Position numbers and translations under genes: made by a program. From Deinococcales bacterium (lineage in GTDB: Bacteria; Deinococcota; Deinococci; Deinococcales; JAAFIG01), in contig JANNVX010000109.1 in NCBI GenBank assembly GCA_031414595.1, positions 1 to 64,000 of the forward strand: a DNA stretch of 64,000 nt, written 5' to 3'. Each line of letters starts with the position of its first letter. Positions within the stretch are counted from its first letter, which is position 1. A model generated the notes under the pieces. The model searched no databases and was not told the origin of the DNA. It worked only from the letters and a program-made list of their open reading frames with translations. Of this stretch, positions 49,362 through 59,585 are shown piece by piece.

Positions 49362-50405
49362 TTACCTTTTCAAACGAGTCCAAACCTTGTCACGCAACGC
49401 AATATTGGCACTCGAGCAGAGTTTGTTGGCACGGAAACGACTGGTCATATTGGCAGGAGTGTTGACCGCAGGGTCGGTCTTTAAGGCAGCATCAAAGAAT
49501 TTATCTGCGCCTTTGATGCTGTTGTTGTAGCCCGTGTAATTGCTGGCAATGGCAATGGCTTCGGGAGACATCATCCAGTTGATGAATTTAATCGCTTCGG
49601 CTTTGTTCTTGGCGGTCTTTGGTACGGCAAAATTATCATTCCAGAACGGAATGCCTTCGCGTGGGTAGACAAAAACCCCAGTTTTGAGCTTTTCTTTGGT
49701 GCGGTGCGCCGCGCCGTTCCATTGGTGGTGCATAATCACTTCGCCAGCCTGCATTCGCTCAATCGTGCCATCGGAGTTATAGGCTGCCAAAAATGGTTTT
49801 TGTTTCTCGAGCAGCGCCAAAACCCGTTCGGCATTGGAAGCCACAGTGGTGCATTGGTCTATTTTTAAGTAAATCGTGGCAGCGTTCCACATTTCGGTGG
49901 GGTCATTCAGTGCCACAATCTGTCCACGCAGGGCTTCAGGGGGTTCAAAGAACGATTTCCAAGAATCATCGAGTTTGCCGCCTGGGACTCGTGCTGAATC
50001 GTAGGTAAAACCAGTCACGCCCCACATATACGGGGCAGAGTAGGCTCGAGCCACATCAAAAGGTGGTTTGGTCGAAAACCCTTGGACATTTTTCCAGTTG
50101 CTTAATTTACTGGCATTGATTGGCTCGAGAATTTTTTCATCAATCATGATTTTAACCATGTAGTCTGATGGCACAATCACGTCGTAACCTGTTGCCCCTG
50201 CTTGGAGTTTTGCCAATAACGATTCGTTGGAATCATAGACATCCAAGTTGACCCGCACACCCGTATCGGCTTCATATTTTTTAAGTAAATCTGGTGGAAT
50301 GTAATTTGACCAGTTGTACAAATTGATTGTGGCTTTTGGCGTTTGAGCGTATGCCACCACTGCCAGAGCGCTAATACCGAATGTAACGAGTAACTTCTTA
50401 TTCAT
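49362..50405 (-). CDS. Polyamine ABC transporter substrate-binding protein (PotD/PotF family)
   Basis: LYNWSNYI, YDSNESLLAKL, GYDVIVPSDYMV, PYMWG; start at MNKKLLV with GGAGG RBS. Confidence 0.92.
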   Translation of the reverse strand: MNKKLLVTFGISALAVVAYAQTPKATINLYNWSNYIPPDLLKKYEADTGVRVNLDVYDSNESLLAKLQAGATGYDVIVPSDYMVKIMIDEKILEPINASKLSNWKNVQGFSTKPPFDVARAYSAPYMWGVTGFTYDSARVPGGKLDDSWKSFFEPPEALRGQIVALNDPTEMWNAATIYLKIDQCTTVASNAERVLALLEKQKPFLAAYNSDGTIERMQAGEVIMHHQWNGAAHRTKEKLKTGVFVYPREGIPFWNDNFAVPKTAKNKAEAIKFINWMMSPEAIAIASNYTGYNNSIKGADKFFDAALKTDPAVNTPANMTSRFRANKLCSSANIALRDKVWTRLKR

Positions 50406-50420
50406 ACGACCTCCAAAGAA

Positions 50421-50462
50421 CAGGTAAAAAGGTGAAAGGGTAAAAAGGTAAAAAGGTAAAAG
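50421..50462. repeat. Octamer tandem repeat
   Basis: aggtaaaa aggtgaaa gggtaaaa aggtaaaa aggtaaaa. Confidence 0.7.
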
Positions 50463-50495
50463 CAGAGCCTCGAGCATTGCATTTTTTGTTTGACC

Positions 50496-50519
50496 GTAGG
50501 GGCGAGGCACGCCTCGCCT
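50496..50519 (+). repeat. Intergenic GTAG-type REP
   Basis: gtaggggcgaggcacgcctcgcct, same type as the REPs in nuoC and nuoI. Confidence 0.85.
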
Positions 50520-50529
50520 TTGCACCACG

Positions 50530-51318
50530 TTATTTTTTCTGCCCGATAAAAAACGATAACAACACAATCACCAGCGAAGCCGCAAATAAAAGGGTAGAAA
50601 TAGCATTGACTTCTGGGGATATTCCCGTGCGTATCATACCGAAAATATAGACAGGTAGGGTAGTCGCGCCAGCCCCAGCCACAAAAAAGGTAATTACAAA
50701 ATCGTCCATGCTGGTGATAAAGGCAAGCATTGCCCCTGAAATAATTCCAGGCATTAAAAGCGGTAAGGTCACTCGAGTAAAGGCTTGAAGTGGTTGGGCA
50801 TAGAGGTCTGAGGCTGCTTCGAGCAGTTTGGGGTCTAATCCCTCGAGTCGAGCCCGAATTGGTAAGTAAGCAAAAGGGATACAGAAAATAATATGGGCGA
50901 GGATAACCGTGGTTAAGCCTAACTCGAGTCCGATGGCAAGAAAGAACAGCAAACTAGCAACAGCCGTGACAATTTCGGGAACAAGCAAGGGCAGTCCAAT
51001 TAAGCCATTAAAAGCGGCTTGTCCTTTGAAAGTTTTTCCTGCCATACCAAGGGCAGCAAGTGTGGCAATGGTGGTAGCAACAATCGTCGAGAAACTGGCA
51101 ACGATTAAGGAATTTTGCGTTGCCCGAATAATATTGGGGTTCTCGAGGACAACTTTGTACCAATCCAAACTAAAATTTGTCCAAATCGTGGCGGTTTGAT
51201 TTTGATTGAACGATAAAACAATTAAAACCAGTATTGGCAAGTACAAGAAAATAAAGAACAGCCCCATCAAAACGCTTAGACTGGGATAGCGCCAAAGTGG
51301 GTTGCTCGAGTTCATCAT
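50530..51318 (-). CDS. potC: Polyamine ABC transporter permease
   Basis: FLYLPILVLIVLSFN, LEAASDL, SMDDFVITFF, TTLPVYIF. Confidence 0.9.
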   Translation of the reverse strand: MMNSSNPLWRYPSLSVLMGLFFIFLYLPILVLIVLSFNQNQTATIWTNFSLDWYKVVLENPNIIRATQNSLIVASFSTIVATTIATLAALGMAGKTFKGQAAFNGLIGLPLLVPEIVTAVASLLFFLAIGLELGLTTVILAHIIFCIPFAYLPIRARLEGLDPKLLEAASDLYAQPLQAFTRVTLPLLMPGIISGAMLAFITSMDDFVITFFVAGAGATTLPVYIFGMIRTGISPEVNAISTLLFAASLVIVLLSFFIGQKK

Positions 51319-52199
51319 GTGGTTAAGCTCCCTTTACCCTTAAAACGCAGGGCATAAATCAGCATAAAAATGAGTACCACCGCCAGCAACGCAAACGATA
51401 ACGCCGCCCCAAAAGACCAATTTCTGGATGTGCCAAATTGTTGTTGGATTAAATTGCCAATCATCAAAGTCTTAGACCCGCCCAGTAATTCGGGAATAAA
51501 GTATGTACCAAGCGCGGGAACAAAGACCAAAATGCAGCCCGCCACCATACCGGGGGCGGATAAGGGCAGCACAATGCGGTACAAAGTTTGCCAACGGTTG
51601 GCATAGAGGTCGTAAGCCGCCTCGAGCAGTCGCCAATCGAGTTTTTCAAGACTGGTGTAAATCGGTAAGACCATAAACGGCAAAAAGGCATAAACCAAAC
51701 CTATTTGTACCGCCAAAGGTGTGTACATGATGTTTAAGGGGCTGTTCAGTAATCCAAGTCCGCTCAGGCTCGAGTCTATCAGTCCACCATTGCGTAAGAG
51801 CAGAATCCAAGCGTAGGTACGAACCAGTAAGTTAGTCCAGAATGGAATGGTAATCAGTAGCATCAGCCAAGTGCGGCGTTTTGGTGATTGCAGGGCAATA
51901 TAAAACGAGACTGGAAAAGCCACCAACAAGGTAATAGCAGTTGTGACAAACGCCAATTGGAACGACCTCGAGAAAATCGAGAGGTAATCGGTGTTTAAGA
52001 CCAAAGCATCATTAAAATCGCGTTCAAAAAGAAATTTAATATATGAATCGGGGGTGTACTGTCCCCATTTGACCCCGCCAAATTGTCCCGGCTCGAGCCA
52101 CGACATTAAGCCCATCAAGAGCATCGGCAAGACCATAAAAACCAGAATCAGCAGTCCAGCTGGAGCAATAAATGCCCAGCGACCAAGATTATTTTTCAT
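51315..52199 (-). CDS. potB: Polyamine ABC transporter permease
   Basis: [36 protein letters not shown]. Confidence 0.9.
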   Translation of the reverse strand: MKNNLGRWAFIAPAGLLILVFMVLPMLLMGLMSWLEPGQFGGVKWGQYTPDSYIKFLFERDFNDALVLNTDYLSIFSRSFQLAFVTTAITLLVAFPVSFYIALQSPKRRTWLMLLITIPFWTNLLVRTYAWILLLRNGGLIDSSLSGLGLLNSPLNIMYTPLAVQIGLVYAFLPFMVLPIYTSLEKLDWRLLEAAYDLYANRWQTLYRIVLPLSAPGMVAGCILVFVPALGTYFIPELLGGSKTLMIGNLIQQQFGTSRNWSFGAALSFALLAVVLIFMLIYALRFKGKGSLTT

Positions 52200-53319
52200 G
52201 TTCACTCTCGAGCGTCCCCAATGCCTCGGATGGTTCATGCGTCCCCAATGCCTCGGATGGTTCAAGAATTCGCACTGCATCGGCTGGAATCTGCAATTTG
52301 ATCATCTCGCCGACCGAAACAATTTTTGTTGCCCCACCTGAGTTTTGCATCCGTACTCTAAAAACCTCAGAAGCCAACTCGAGGTACACCACCGTATCCG
52401 TACCAACATAGACCACTTCGCGCACCTTAGCGCTTAGCCCCGTGCCTTCTCGAGCAATCAGCGCCCGTTCCGGACGGACTGCCACATCCACCTTTGAGCC
52501 TAGGTTGCGGTTGTGTGTGGTTTTGATCAATTGCCCATCGGTCAAGCGCAGACCGCCAGCCTCGGCAATACCAGTTAAAAAATTGGTCTCACCAATAAAA
52601 TCTGCCACATAGCGTGTGCGCGGAAAATCATAAATTTCGGTGGGCGTGCCAATCTGCTCGAGTTTGCCGTGTTTCATGACTGCAATTCGGTCAGACATGG
52701 TAAGCGCTTCTTCTTGGTCGTGGGTCACAAACACAAAAGTAATTCCAGTCTCGAGTTGCAAACGTTTTAATTCGAGCTGCATTTCTTTGCGGAGTTTGGC
52801 ATCGAGTGCCGAAAGCGATTCATCGAGTAACAAGACCTTGGGACGATTCGCCAAAGCCCGAGCCAGTGCCACCCGTTGCTGTTGTCCACCGCTTAACTGA
52901 CTAGGTAAACGATTTGCCAAGTTTGGCAATTGTACTAACTCGAGCATCTGCGTGACGATTTTTTTGGTCTCGGGTTTTGAAGTGCGCTGCATCTCTAAAC
53001 CAAACGCGATATTTTGTTCTACGGTCATGTGTGGAAAAAGGGCGTAACTTTGAAAAACCGTATTGACTGGGCGCTTAAAAGGCGGTAAACCCTTGAGAGG
53101 CTGCCCGTATAGACTGATTGAACCGCTTGTCGGTTGCTCGAAGCCAGCAATTAAACGCAATAAGGTAGTTTTGCCACATCCGCTTGGACCGAGCAGCGTA
53201 AAGAATTCATTAGAGGTAATCTCGAGACTGACCCCAACCAGGGCAGTGACTGCCTCCACGCCAGAACCGAAGACCATTCCAATGTTTTCAATTACAATGG
53301 CGCTGCTCGAGTTTGTCAT
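52189..53319 (-). CDS. potA: Polyamine ABC transporter ATP-binding protein
   Basis: [44 protein letters not shown]; start at MTNSSS. Confidence 0.93.
   Translation of the reverse strand: MTNSSSAIVIENIGMVFGSGVEAVTALVGVSLEITSNEFFTLLGPSGCGKTTLLRLIAGFEQPTSGSISLYGQPLKGLPPFKRPVNTVFQSYALFPHMTVEQNIAFGLEMQRTSKPETKKIVTQMLELVQLPNLANRLPSQLSGGQQQRVALARALANRPKVLLLDESLSALDAKLRKEMQLELKRLQLETGITFVFVTHDQEEALTMSDRIAVMKHGKLEQIGTPTEIYDFPRTRYVADFIGETNFLTGIAEAGGLRLTDGQLIKTTHNRNLGSKVDVAVRPERALIAREGTGLSAKVREVVYVGTDTVVYLELASEVFRVRMQNSGGATKIVSVGEMIKLQIPADAVRILEPSEALGTHEPSEALGTLESEHEK
52212..52264. repeat. 27-nt tandem duplication at the potA 3' end
   Basis: gcgtccccaatgcctcggatggttca(t) x2 (EPSEALGT x2). Confidence 0.9.
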
Positions 53320-53385
53320 CTTGAAGGCGGATTCTAACCTAAAAATTAGCGACAAAACTATCCAGCTATCCCTTAAACTAGGCAG

Positions 53386-54129
53386 ATGCAATTTAATCAG
53401 CAAGTGGTTTTGGTCACTGGCGGAGCAAGCGGGATGGGTGCAGCTTGTGTGCGGGCTTTTGCAGCATCTGGGGCAGAAGTCGTGATAATTGACCGCAATC
53501 AGGCACTTGGCGAGGTTGTGGCAGCCCAAACAAATTCTCATCTCGAGCTTGGTGATATTTCTGACTCGAGTTTTTGTGACGCGACTGTGCAAAAAAGTCT
53601 CGAGAAATTTGGTAAAATTGATGTGCTGGTCAATGCAGCCGGAATTATTGTGCGCTCAAACGGCATGGACACCACCGATGAGGCATGGCATAAAATCATG
53701 AATGTCAATGTTTCTGGGTCATTTTTTATGGCTCGAGCTGCCCTGCGAATCATGAAAGCCCAGCAGCGCGGAGCAATTGTCAATTTTGGCAGTATTTGGG
53801 GCGACTTAGGGGCATCTGGAGTGGCAGCATATTGCGCTAGTAAAGGCGCAATCCATAATTTAACACGGGCATTAGCGCTTGAACACGCCCAAGATGGCAT
53901 ACGGATTAACGCCGTTTGCCCCGGTGAGGTCAACACCCCAATGCTTCAAGCCGAACGCAATGAAACCGTGAACGAAGCTCTGCTCAAGAAATTAGCCCAA
54001 ACTGTGCCAATGGGCAGATTAGCCGAACCCGAAGAAATTGCTCGAGTAGTCCTATTTTTAGCATCTACCGACGCGAGTTATATGACAGGTTCGTTGGTGA
54101 CTGTAGACGCTGGTTTCACAGCACGTTGA
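53386..54129 (+). CDS. Short-chain dehydrogenase/reductase
   Basis: [25 protein letters not shown]. Confidence 0.95.
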   Translation: MQFNQQVVLVTGGASGMGAACVRAFAASGAEVVIIDRNQALGEVVAAQTNSHLELGDISDSSFCDATVQKSLEKFGKIDVLVNAAGIIVRSNGMDTTDEAWHKIMNVNVSGSFFMARAALRIMKAQQRGAIVNFGSIWGDLGASGVAAYCASKGAIHNLTRALALEHAQDGIRINAVCPGEVNTPMLQAERNETVNEALLKKLAQTVPMGRLAEPEEIARVVLFLASTDASYMTGSLVTVDAGFTAR

Positions 54130-54176
54130 CGATGCGACCATCACAGCACGTTGACGATGCGACTTCACAGCACGTT
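54116..54176 (+). repeat. 24-25 nt tandem repeat (2.5 copies) covering the SDR stop codon
   Basis: tcacagcacgttgacgatgcgac x2 plus partial tcacagcacgtt. Confidence 0.9.
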
Positions 54177-54192
54177 AATGTTAATCTGTTGC

Positions 54193-54663
54193 ATGGACAA
54201 GGATTATCAAACATGGGATGGAATTGCCGATCAGGTCAGTATCTTAGCCACAAAACTCAAAGATGAAAAATTTGACCTGATGATGGTGATTACTCGCGGC
54301 GGCATGATTCCGGGGTCTATTCTTGGGTATCGGCTTGGAATTCGCAACATTGTGGTGGCAGCCGTCGAATTTTACGATGACCGCACAGGCTTACGAGCCG
54401 TTCAACCGACCTTTTTGCAGTTTCCAGCCGACCCAATTTTAACGGGTAAACGGGTCTTAATTGTGGATGAAGTTTGGGATTCTGGACGCACCATTCAGGC
54501 TGTGGCAACAAGGGTTCATCAGGCTGGAGGCACACCGATTACGGCGGTACTGCATTACAAACCACGCATGTCTGAAACAGCTTTAGAACCCGATTATTAT
54601 GTGTTAGCAACCAACGCTTGGATTGTCTATCCGTGGTCTAAACACGATAAACTCGATGCCTAG
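54193..54663 (+). CDS. Type I phosphoribosyltransferase (purine salvage-like)
   Basis: ITRGGMIPG, VLIVDEVWDSGRT, WIVYPW. Confidence 0.9.
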   Translation: MDKDYQTWDGIADQVSILATKLKDEKFDLMMVITRGGMIPGSILGYRLGIRNIVVAAVEFYDDRTGLRAVQPTFLQFPADPILTGKRVLIVDEVWDSGRTIQAVATRVHQAGGTPITAVLHYKPRMSETALEPDYYVLATNAWIVYPWSKHDKLDA

Positions 54664-54714
54664 TCCTCACTCTAAAAGCATCTGATTCCCATTAAAGATA
54701 GGAAAAATAAACCA

Positions 54715-55710
54715 ATGTCAGACTTAACCACATGGACAGCCTTTACTCGGAGCAGTTTAATCAATGCCAAGTTAAATGGCGTGACCCTCGAGAACACACA
54801 AAATCTTCTGGTCACAGGGACAGGTTCACTCGAGACACAGCCTTTGGAACGTCCTTTTAAGCGTTGTATTGTTTCTTGGAATGCGCTTACCCCAAATGGT
54901 TCTGGTCTTTTAATCGAGGTTCGGGTGCGTTTTGGTTCGCGTTGGTCAAGGTATTTACGGCTTGCCCAATGGAGCGCTAATCCGCTTAACAACACCTCTT
55001 TTGATGATGCCGACGAGGAAGTTTTTCTCGAGACCGACACGATTATTTGTAAATCCCAAGCCGATGCAGTGCAAATCCGTGTGAGGCAAGACGGACAAGC
55101 CCAATTGACAGGATTAGCCGCGACTTTCTCGAGCGACGAAGATGTGGTTTTGCCGTTGCCATCAGTTGTATCTCAGGAAATCGAATTAGACGTGCCAATG
55201 CGCTCACAAATGATTTACCCAAAAGGTGGACGGGTCTGGTGCAGTCCGACCAGCACAACGATGTTGCTTGAGTATTGGAGCAACAAACTGGGCTTAAACC
55301 TAGCCGAATCTGTACCAGAAACCGCAAAAGCCGTCTGGGATGTCAAGTATAACGGGGCTGGCAATTGGGCGTTTAACATGGCATATGTGGGTAGCAAGGG
55401 TTTGCAGGGCTTTATTTCGCACCTGAGCAGTTTTAGCGAAGCCCAAGACTATTTGGCTCGAGGCGTGCCGATTGCCCTGTCTATTGGCTGGAAAGAAGGC
55501 GAATTACAAGGCGCTCCAATTGGGCATTCGGGGGGGCATTTGGTGGTGCTGCGCGGTTTTACCAAAAATGGCGACCCAATTGTCAATGACCCAGCTTACC
55601 CAAGCGACGAAACAGTCCGAGTCATTTACAAGCGTTCCGAACTCGAGCGGGCTTGGCTTGGGCATAGTGGCGGAATTGTGTACATTGTCCAGCCAAACGC
55701 ATATACTTAA
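54715..55710 (+). CDS. Peptidase C39-like family protein
   Basis: VPMRSQM, WCSPTSTTM, GNWAFN, GHLVVLRGF, VNDPA. Confidence 0.85.
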   Translation: MSDLTTWTAFTRSSLINAKLNGVTLENTQNLLVTGTGSLETQPLERPFKRCIVSWNALTPNGSGLLIEVRVRFGSRWSRYLRLAQWSANPLNNTSFDDADEEVFLETDTIICKSQADAVQIRVRQDGQAQLTGLAATFSSDEDVVLPLPSVVSQEIELDVPMRSQMIYPKGGRVWCSPTSTTMLLEYWSNKLGLNLAESVPETAKAVWDVKYNGAGNWAFNMAYVGSKGLQGFISHLSSFSEAQDYLARGVPIALSIGWKEGELQGAPIGHSGGHLVVLRGFTKNGDPIVNDPAYPSDETVRVIYKRSELERAWLGHSGGIVYIVQPNAYT

Positions 55711-55714
55711 ATTG

Positions 55715-56038
55715 ATGATAGAACCTCTCAATTCACCACTCGAGCAGATTAAAGCCCTTGGTCATGATTTGCGCTTTGAACTCGTTTCGATTTTGGCTGA
55801 GCGCGAGCATTGTGTCTGTGAACTCGAGGTGTTGCTTTCGCTATCTCAAAGTAAAGTTTCGTATCATTTGGCGGCTTTACGAGATGTTGGCTTGGTCTCG
55901 AGTGAACAGCGTGGTAAAAATGTTTTTTATCGTCTCGAGCGCGAAGTGCTGTATTTACTTGGTGGGCGTTTATTGGAAACATTACTTAAACCCCGACCTG
56001 ACACAGCCCTGACATATCAAACAGAATTGATATGTTAA
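55715..56038 (+). CDS. arsR: ArsR family metalloregulator
   Basis: KALGHDLR, EHCVCEL, SQSKVSYHL; upstream of arsC. Confidence 0.9.
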   Translation: MIEPLNSPLEQIKALGHDLRFELVSILAEREHCVCELEVLLSLSQSKVSYHLAALRDVGLVSSEQRGKNVFYRLEREVLYLLGGRLLETLLKPRPDTALTYQTELIC

Positions 56039-56048
56039 TCTTTTTGGG

Positions 56049-56504
56049 ATGCGATTTCTAATCCTTTGTACCCACAACAGCGCTCGAAGCCAAATGGCAG
56101 AAGGTTGGGCGCGTTTTTATGCCAATCATCTTGGTCTCGAGTGTCAAATTTTTAGCGCTGGCACCCAAAGCACCTTTGTTAAACCCGACGCGATTAAAAC
56201 CATGCAAGACGTTGGTATTGACCTGACTTCTCACTCGAGCAAAACTTTATTTGACCTACCCGACCCGTGGAGTTTTGACTATGTAATTACGGTTTGTGAT
56301 AGTGCCGCAGAAAATTGCCCAGTCTACCCCGCCAAAACCACACGCTTGCACTACCCGTTCAGAGACCCAAGTGGGGCTTCACTCGAGACTTGGGCGGTGG
56401 TTCGTGACCAAATTGGCACAAAAATGAATGCCTTTATATCGGCTCTAAAAGACAATCTAACCACCCCGCCAAATTATGAAGAAACTCCGAGTACCACACT
56501 ATGA
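56049..56504 (+). CDS. arsC: Arsenate reductase (LMW-PTP fold)
   Basis: LCTHNSARSQMAEG, VITVCDSAAENCPVYP, DP. Confidence 0.9.
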   Translation: MRFLILCTHNSARSQMAEGWARFYANHLGLECQIFSAGTQSTFVKPDAIKTMQDVGIDLTSHSSKTLFDLPDPWSFDYVITVCDSAAENCPVYPAKTTRLHYPFRDPSGASLETWAVVRDQIGTKMNAFISALKDNLTTPPNYEETPSTTL

Positions 56505-57154
56505 TTCGGCGTTTAATGGCTGAATTTATCGGCACACTGGCAATAGTCTACTGTGGTGTTGGTGCGATTGCCTTAACCCAAACTGGTTTATTAAACGGTG
56601 GACTGCTGGCAATTGCTGTGGGTCATGGTTTTGCCGTGATGGTCATGATTTACGCGGTTGGGAATGTATCTGGCGCACATTTTAACCCTGCGATTACCAT
56701 TGCTTTAAGTCTCACCAAACGATTTTCTTGGACAGAAGCCCTGCCCTACATTGGCGCACAATTACTTGGCAGCCTGAGCGCGGTCAGCATCTTGACTTTA
56801 ACCCATGGAGCAGCCCTCGAGAAAGTACAGTACGGAGCGACTTTACTTGCCCCAAATGTTTCACCAATAGCAGGGTTTATCGTTGAATTACTGCTGACTT
56901 TTTTCTTGGCTTTTATTATTTTTCGTGTTGCAGTGCTAAAAAACAATCCTGCGGCTGGCGCAATCATTGGTGCAACTGTAATGATGTGTATTGTGGCAGC
57001 CGGACCCTTAACTGGTGTGGCGCTCAATCCCGCTCGGGCTTTTGGACCCGCTATTTTTGGCAATTGGTCAGACCATTGGATAATGTGGGCAGCCCCAATC
57101 CTTGGGGCTGCTCTTGGTGCTTTTACGGCAGAAGCCCTCGAGACAAAGGCGTGA
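56501..57154 (+). CDS. MIP/aquaporin family channel
   Basis: AEFIGT, SGAHFNPA, LNPARAFGP. Confidence 0.93.
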   Translation: MIRRLMAEFIGTLAIVYCGVGAIALTQTGLLNGGLLAIAVGHGFAVMVMIYAVGNVSGAHFNPAITIALSLTKRFSWTEALPYIGAQLLGSLSAVSILTLTHGAALEKVQYGATLLAPNVSPIAGFIVELLLTFFLAFIIFRVAVLKNNPAAGAIIGATVMMCIVAAGPLTGVALNPARAFGPAIFGNWSDHWIMWAAPILGAALGAFTAEALETKA

Positions 57155-57185
57155 ACGACCCTCGTAGGTCAAAGGAAGTGAAAAC

Positions 57186-57614
57186 ATGAAAAAACCGTCA
57201 GTCCTGTTTTTATGCACTGGCAACACGGCTCGTAGCCAAATGGCAGATGCTTTACTGCGCTACCATGCCCCAGATGAATTTGCTGTGACCAGTGCTGGAC
57301 TCGAGCCGGGAGTCTTAAACCCGTACACTGTGCGGGTACTCGAGGAAATGGGAATTAGCACCGAAGGGATGTTTGCCAAAGGTGTGATTCCAATGCTTGG
57401 GCATCATCACTTTAATTACATCATTACCGTTTGCTCGAGAGCCGAAGCCAATTGCCCGATTTTTCCGGGTGTTTCGTACCGTTTATCGTGGGCATTTGAA
57501 GACCCTGCCGCGTTTGTGGGCAGTGACGAAGACACGATGACCAAATTTAGGGAAATTCGTGATGCAATTTCCACCAGAATTCTCGAGTGGAAAGCGAGTG
57601 GTTACAAAGTTTAG
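57186..57614 (+). CDS. arsC: Second arsenate reductase (LMW-PTP fold)
   Basis: FLCTGNTARSQMA, ITVCSRAEANCPIFPG, WAFEDPA. Confidence 0.9.
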   Translation: MKKPSVLFLCTGNTARSQMADALLRYHAPDEFAVTSAGLEPGVLNPYTVRVLEEMGISTEGMFAKGVIPMLGHHHFNYIITVCSRAEANCPIFPGVSYRLSWAFEDPAAFVGSDEDTMTKFREIRDAISTRILEWKASGYKV

Positions 57615-58201
57615 TCCTTAAACAAATCTTTTAAGGCAGCAAACGGGTTCTCGCGCTTATCTGCTCGCTCACCAAACACAGGGCAATCGGCTCGAGTTTG
57701 GTTACAGGAAGTGGTGCGGTTCAGATTTGCGCCGCACTGGGCGCATAAGCCTTTGCATTTGGATTTACATTTGACCATCGCGGGAATCTCTAAGCTCAGG
57801 GCTTCGGCAAAAAGCGCCGTTAAATCTATCATCGGATTACCAAAAACAATCACTTCTTCGTCATTGTCCACCAACCTTGTTGGTGCTTCGATTTTAGAAT
57901 CAAAACGCAACAAGCTCTCCAAGCGAGCCTCGAGGTCATACGATACAGGGTCTAAACAACGCCCACAATCAAGGTTTAAGGTAGCCCGAATTGTCCCAGC
58001 CAGCCAGTATTCGTTGTCGCCAACATGCGAAGCAATGGCTCGCCAGTCTGCAGAACCAAGCAAGGGAATAACATTGGTCTGGAGTCCGTGGGTGGTTGGT
58101 ACAGTGTACTCGAGCAGACTGGTTTCACCTTCGCTAGAAACATCAGAGCCACCACGAAGAATTTTTGTTAAATCTAAATTAGGTACTTCATTCACAATCA
58201 C
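57611..58201 (-). CDS. DUF177/YceD family metal-binding protein
   Basis: CGRCLDP, CKSKCKGLCAQCGANLN, NPFAALKDL. Confidence 0.9.
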   Translation of the reverse strand: MIVNEVPNLDLTKILRGGSDVSSEGETSLLEYTVPTTHGLQTNVIPLLGSADWRAIASHVGDNEYWLAGTIRATLNLDCGRCLDPVSYDLEARLESLLRFDSKIEAPTRLVDNDEEVIVFGNPMIDLTALFAEALSLEIPAMVKCKSKCKGLCAQCGANLNRTTSCNQTRADCPVFGERADKRENPFAALKDLFKD

Positions 58202-58472
58202 AGTCTACACGAGTTTGCACGGCTCGAGATACGCAAAATGGCGAGTAAGTTTTATCTAACCTTATACAAAATTGCTTGGTTTAGTATTTTGAATCGCATT
58301 TCAATAGGTTCGCATGTATAAATTTAATCGTAGCCATTTTGACTGTGCCTACCAAGTCTCAAGGATTAGGATTCTAAGGGTCCAGAGGGTATGACTTTAG
58401 TCGATTAAACCTTAAAAAAAGGTTTGGTCTACTCGGTTCTCACCTGTGGTCTCTTATTGTCGAAGGAGACAT

Positions 58473-59324
58473 ATGAAGAAAATAATTCCATTCGTCGTCG
58501 GCACTTTATTTATCGGTGGTGCGGCACTTGCTGCCCCTTTGGAACTCAGTTCAGGTGAATTCGGTTTGGTGTATCAATTGCTTTCTATCGCTATTGCATC
58601 CATGGGTGCATCATTCATTTTCTTTGTCTTGGGTAAGCAAAACCTAGGTATAAAATACCAACCTGCCATGCTGGTTTCGGCATTGGTCGTGGCGGTGGCT
58701 TGTTACCATTACGTGCGTATTTTTGATTCTTGGAAAGAAGCCTACGTGTTTGCTGATGGGGTTTACAAAGCCACTGGTATTCCTTTCAACGATGCTTATC
58801 GTTACGCCGATTGGGTCTTGACCGTACCACTCTTATTGGTCGAAGCTGTGGCAGTATTAGCACTGGCAAGTAGTGTTGCCTCGGGCATGATTTGGCGATT
58901 GGTTGTGGCTGCCTTAGCAATGATTGCACTGGGTTATCCAGGCGAAATCTCGAGTGATACTGGCACACGTTTACTCTGGGGTACACTCAGCACCATTCCA
59001 TTTTTGTACATTATCTATACCTTGTTTGTCGAGCTTGGCAAGTCCTTAGCAACCCAACCACCTCGAGTTCAACTTCTGATGGGCAACTTGCGGTTATTGC
59101 TGTTCGGGTCATGGGGTTTCTATCCAATCGCCTATTTGCTTCCCTTGATATTTGGTAGCTTATCTTCTAGCGGAATTGTAGCGCTGCAAGTAGGGTATAG
59201 CCTTGCCGACATTATTGCCAAAGCAGGTTTCGGTACACTAATTTACTTTATCGCCCTCGAGAAAACCAAAGTAGACAACGAGAATAAGGCAAAAGTAGGC
59301 AATCTCGCAACGGCAGGAGACTAA
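58473..59324 (+). CDS. Microbial rhodopsin, xanthorhodopsin/Gloeobacter-rhodopsin-like DTE proton pump
   Basis: FNDAYRYADWVLTVPLLLVE (D-T-E), GYPGE, WGTLSTIPF, WGFYPIAY, DIIAKAGFG (retinal Lys); AAGGAG RBS. Confidence 0.95.
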   Translation: MKKIIPFVVGTLFIGGAALAAPLELSSGEFGLVYQLLSIAIASMGASFIFFVLGKQNLGIKYQPAMLVSALVVAVACYHYVRIFDSWKEAYVFADGVYKATGIPFNDAYRYADWVLTVPLLLVEAVAVLALASSVASGMIWRLVVAALAMIALGYPGEISSDTGTRLLWGTLSTIPFLYIIYTLFVELGKSLATQPPRVQLLMGNLRLLLFGSWGFYPIAYLLPLIFGSLSSSGIVALQVGYSLADIIAKAGFGTLIYFIALEKTKVDNENKAKVGNLATAGD

Positions 59325-59326
59325 TC

Positions 59327-59533
59327 ATGAGCCGTGTTGCTACGCGCCAATATGTGGTTCAGCATCAAAGTCCAATTGGTTTTCTGCTAGGCGCTTTGGT
59401 TTTTTTAACAATAGCTTTTGATTATTTTTTTGGCTTTGGTGGAGTCAACCTAATTGGCTTGCGCTTGGTGTACTTTGTTTTGATGTCATCATTAGTTGGG
59501 TACGTTTACATCGTTAGTACCCAAGAAAAGTAG
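59327..59533 (+). CDS. Small two-helix membrane protein
   Basis: 68 aa, two hydrophobic segments, AGGAG RBS within the rhodopsin 3' end. Confidence 0.6.
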   Translation: MSRVATRQYVVQHQSPIGFLLGALVFLTIAFDYFFGFGGVNLIGLRLVYFVLMSSLVGYVYIVSTQEK

Positions 59534-59543
59534 TGCCAAGAAG

Positions 59544-59577
59544 AAGCCGATGCAAGACATATGTCTTGCATCGGCTT
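59544..59577. terminator. Perfect 34-bp palindrome between convergent genes
   Basis: aagccgatgcaagacat-atgtcttgcatcggctt. Confidence 0.6.
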
Positions 59578-59585
59578 AATCGTTG

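Noticed and set aside
50406-50567. N-terminal extension of the PotD-like protein (LLLPFYLFTLSPFYLF)
   Set aside because: It is read-through of a REP and an octamer repeat; the signal peptide and RBS point to 50405
54116-54176. Possible mini-CRISPR array
   Set aside because: The repeats are directly adjacent with no unique spacers and there are no cas genes; it is a tandem duplication of the SDR 3' end
57611-58201. Expected rpmF downstream of the DUF177 gene
   Set aside because: No L32-like ORF is visible; the gene ends overlapping the convergent arsC, so nothing was called
58407-58425. Palindrome aaacctt-aaaaa-aaggttt upstream of the rhodopsin as a light-regulator operator
   Set aside because: Short, AT-rich and single-copy, with no LitR/CarH gene in the window to support it
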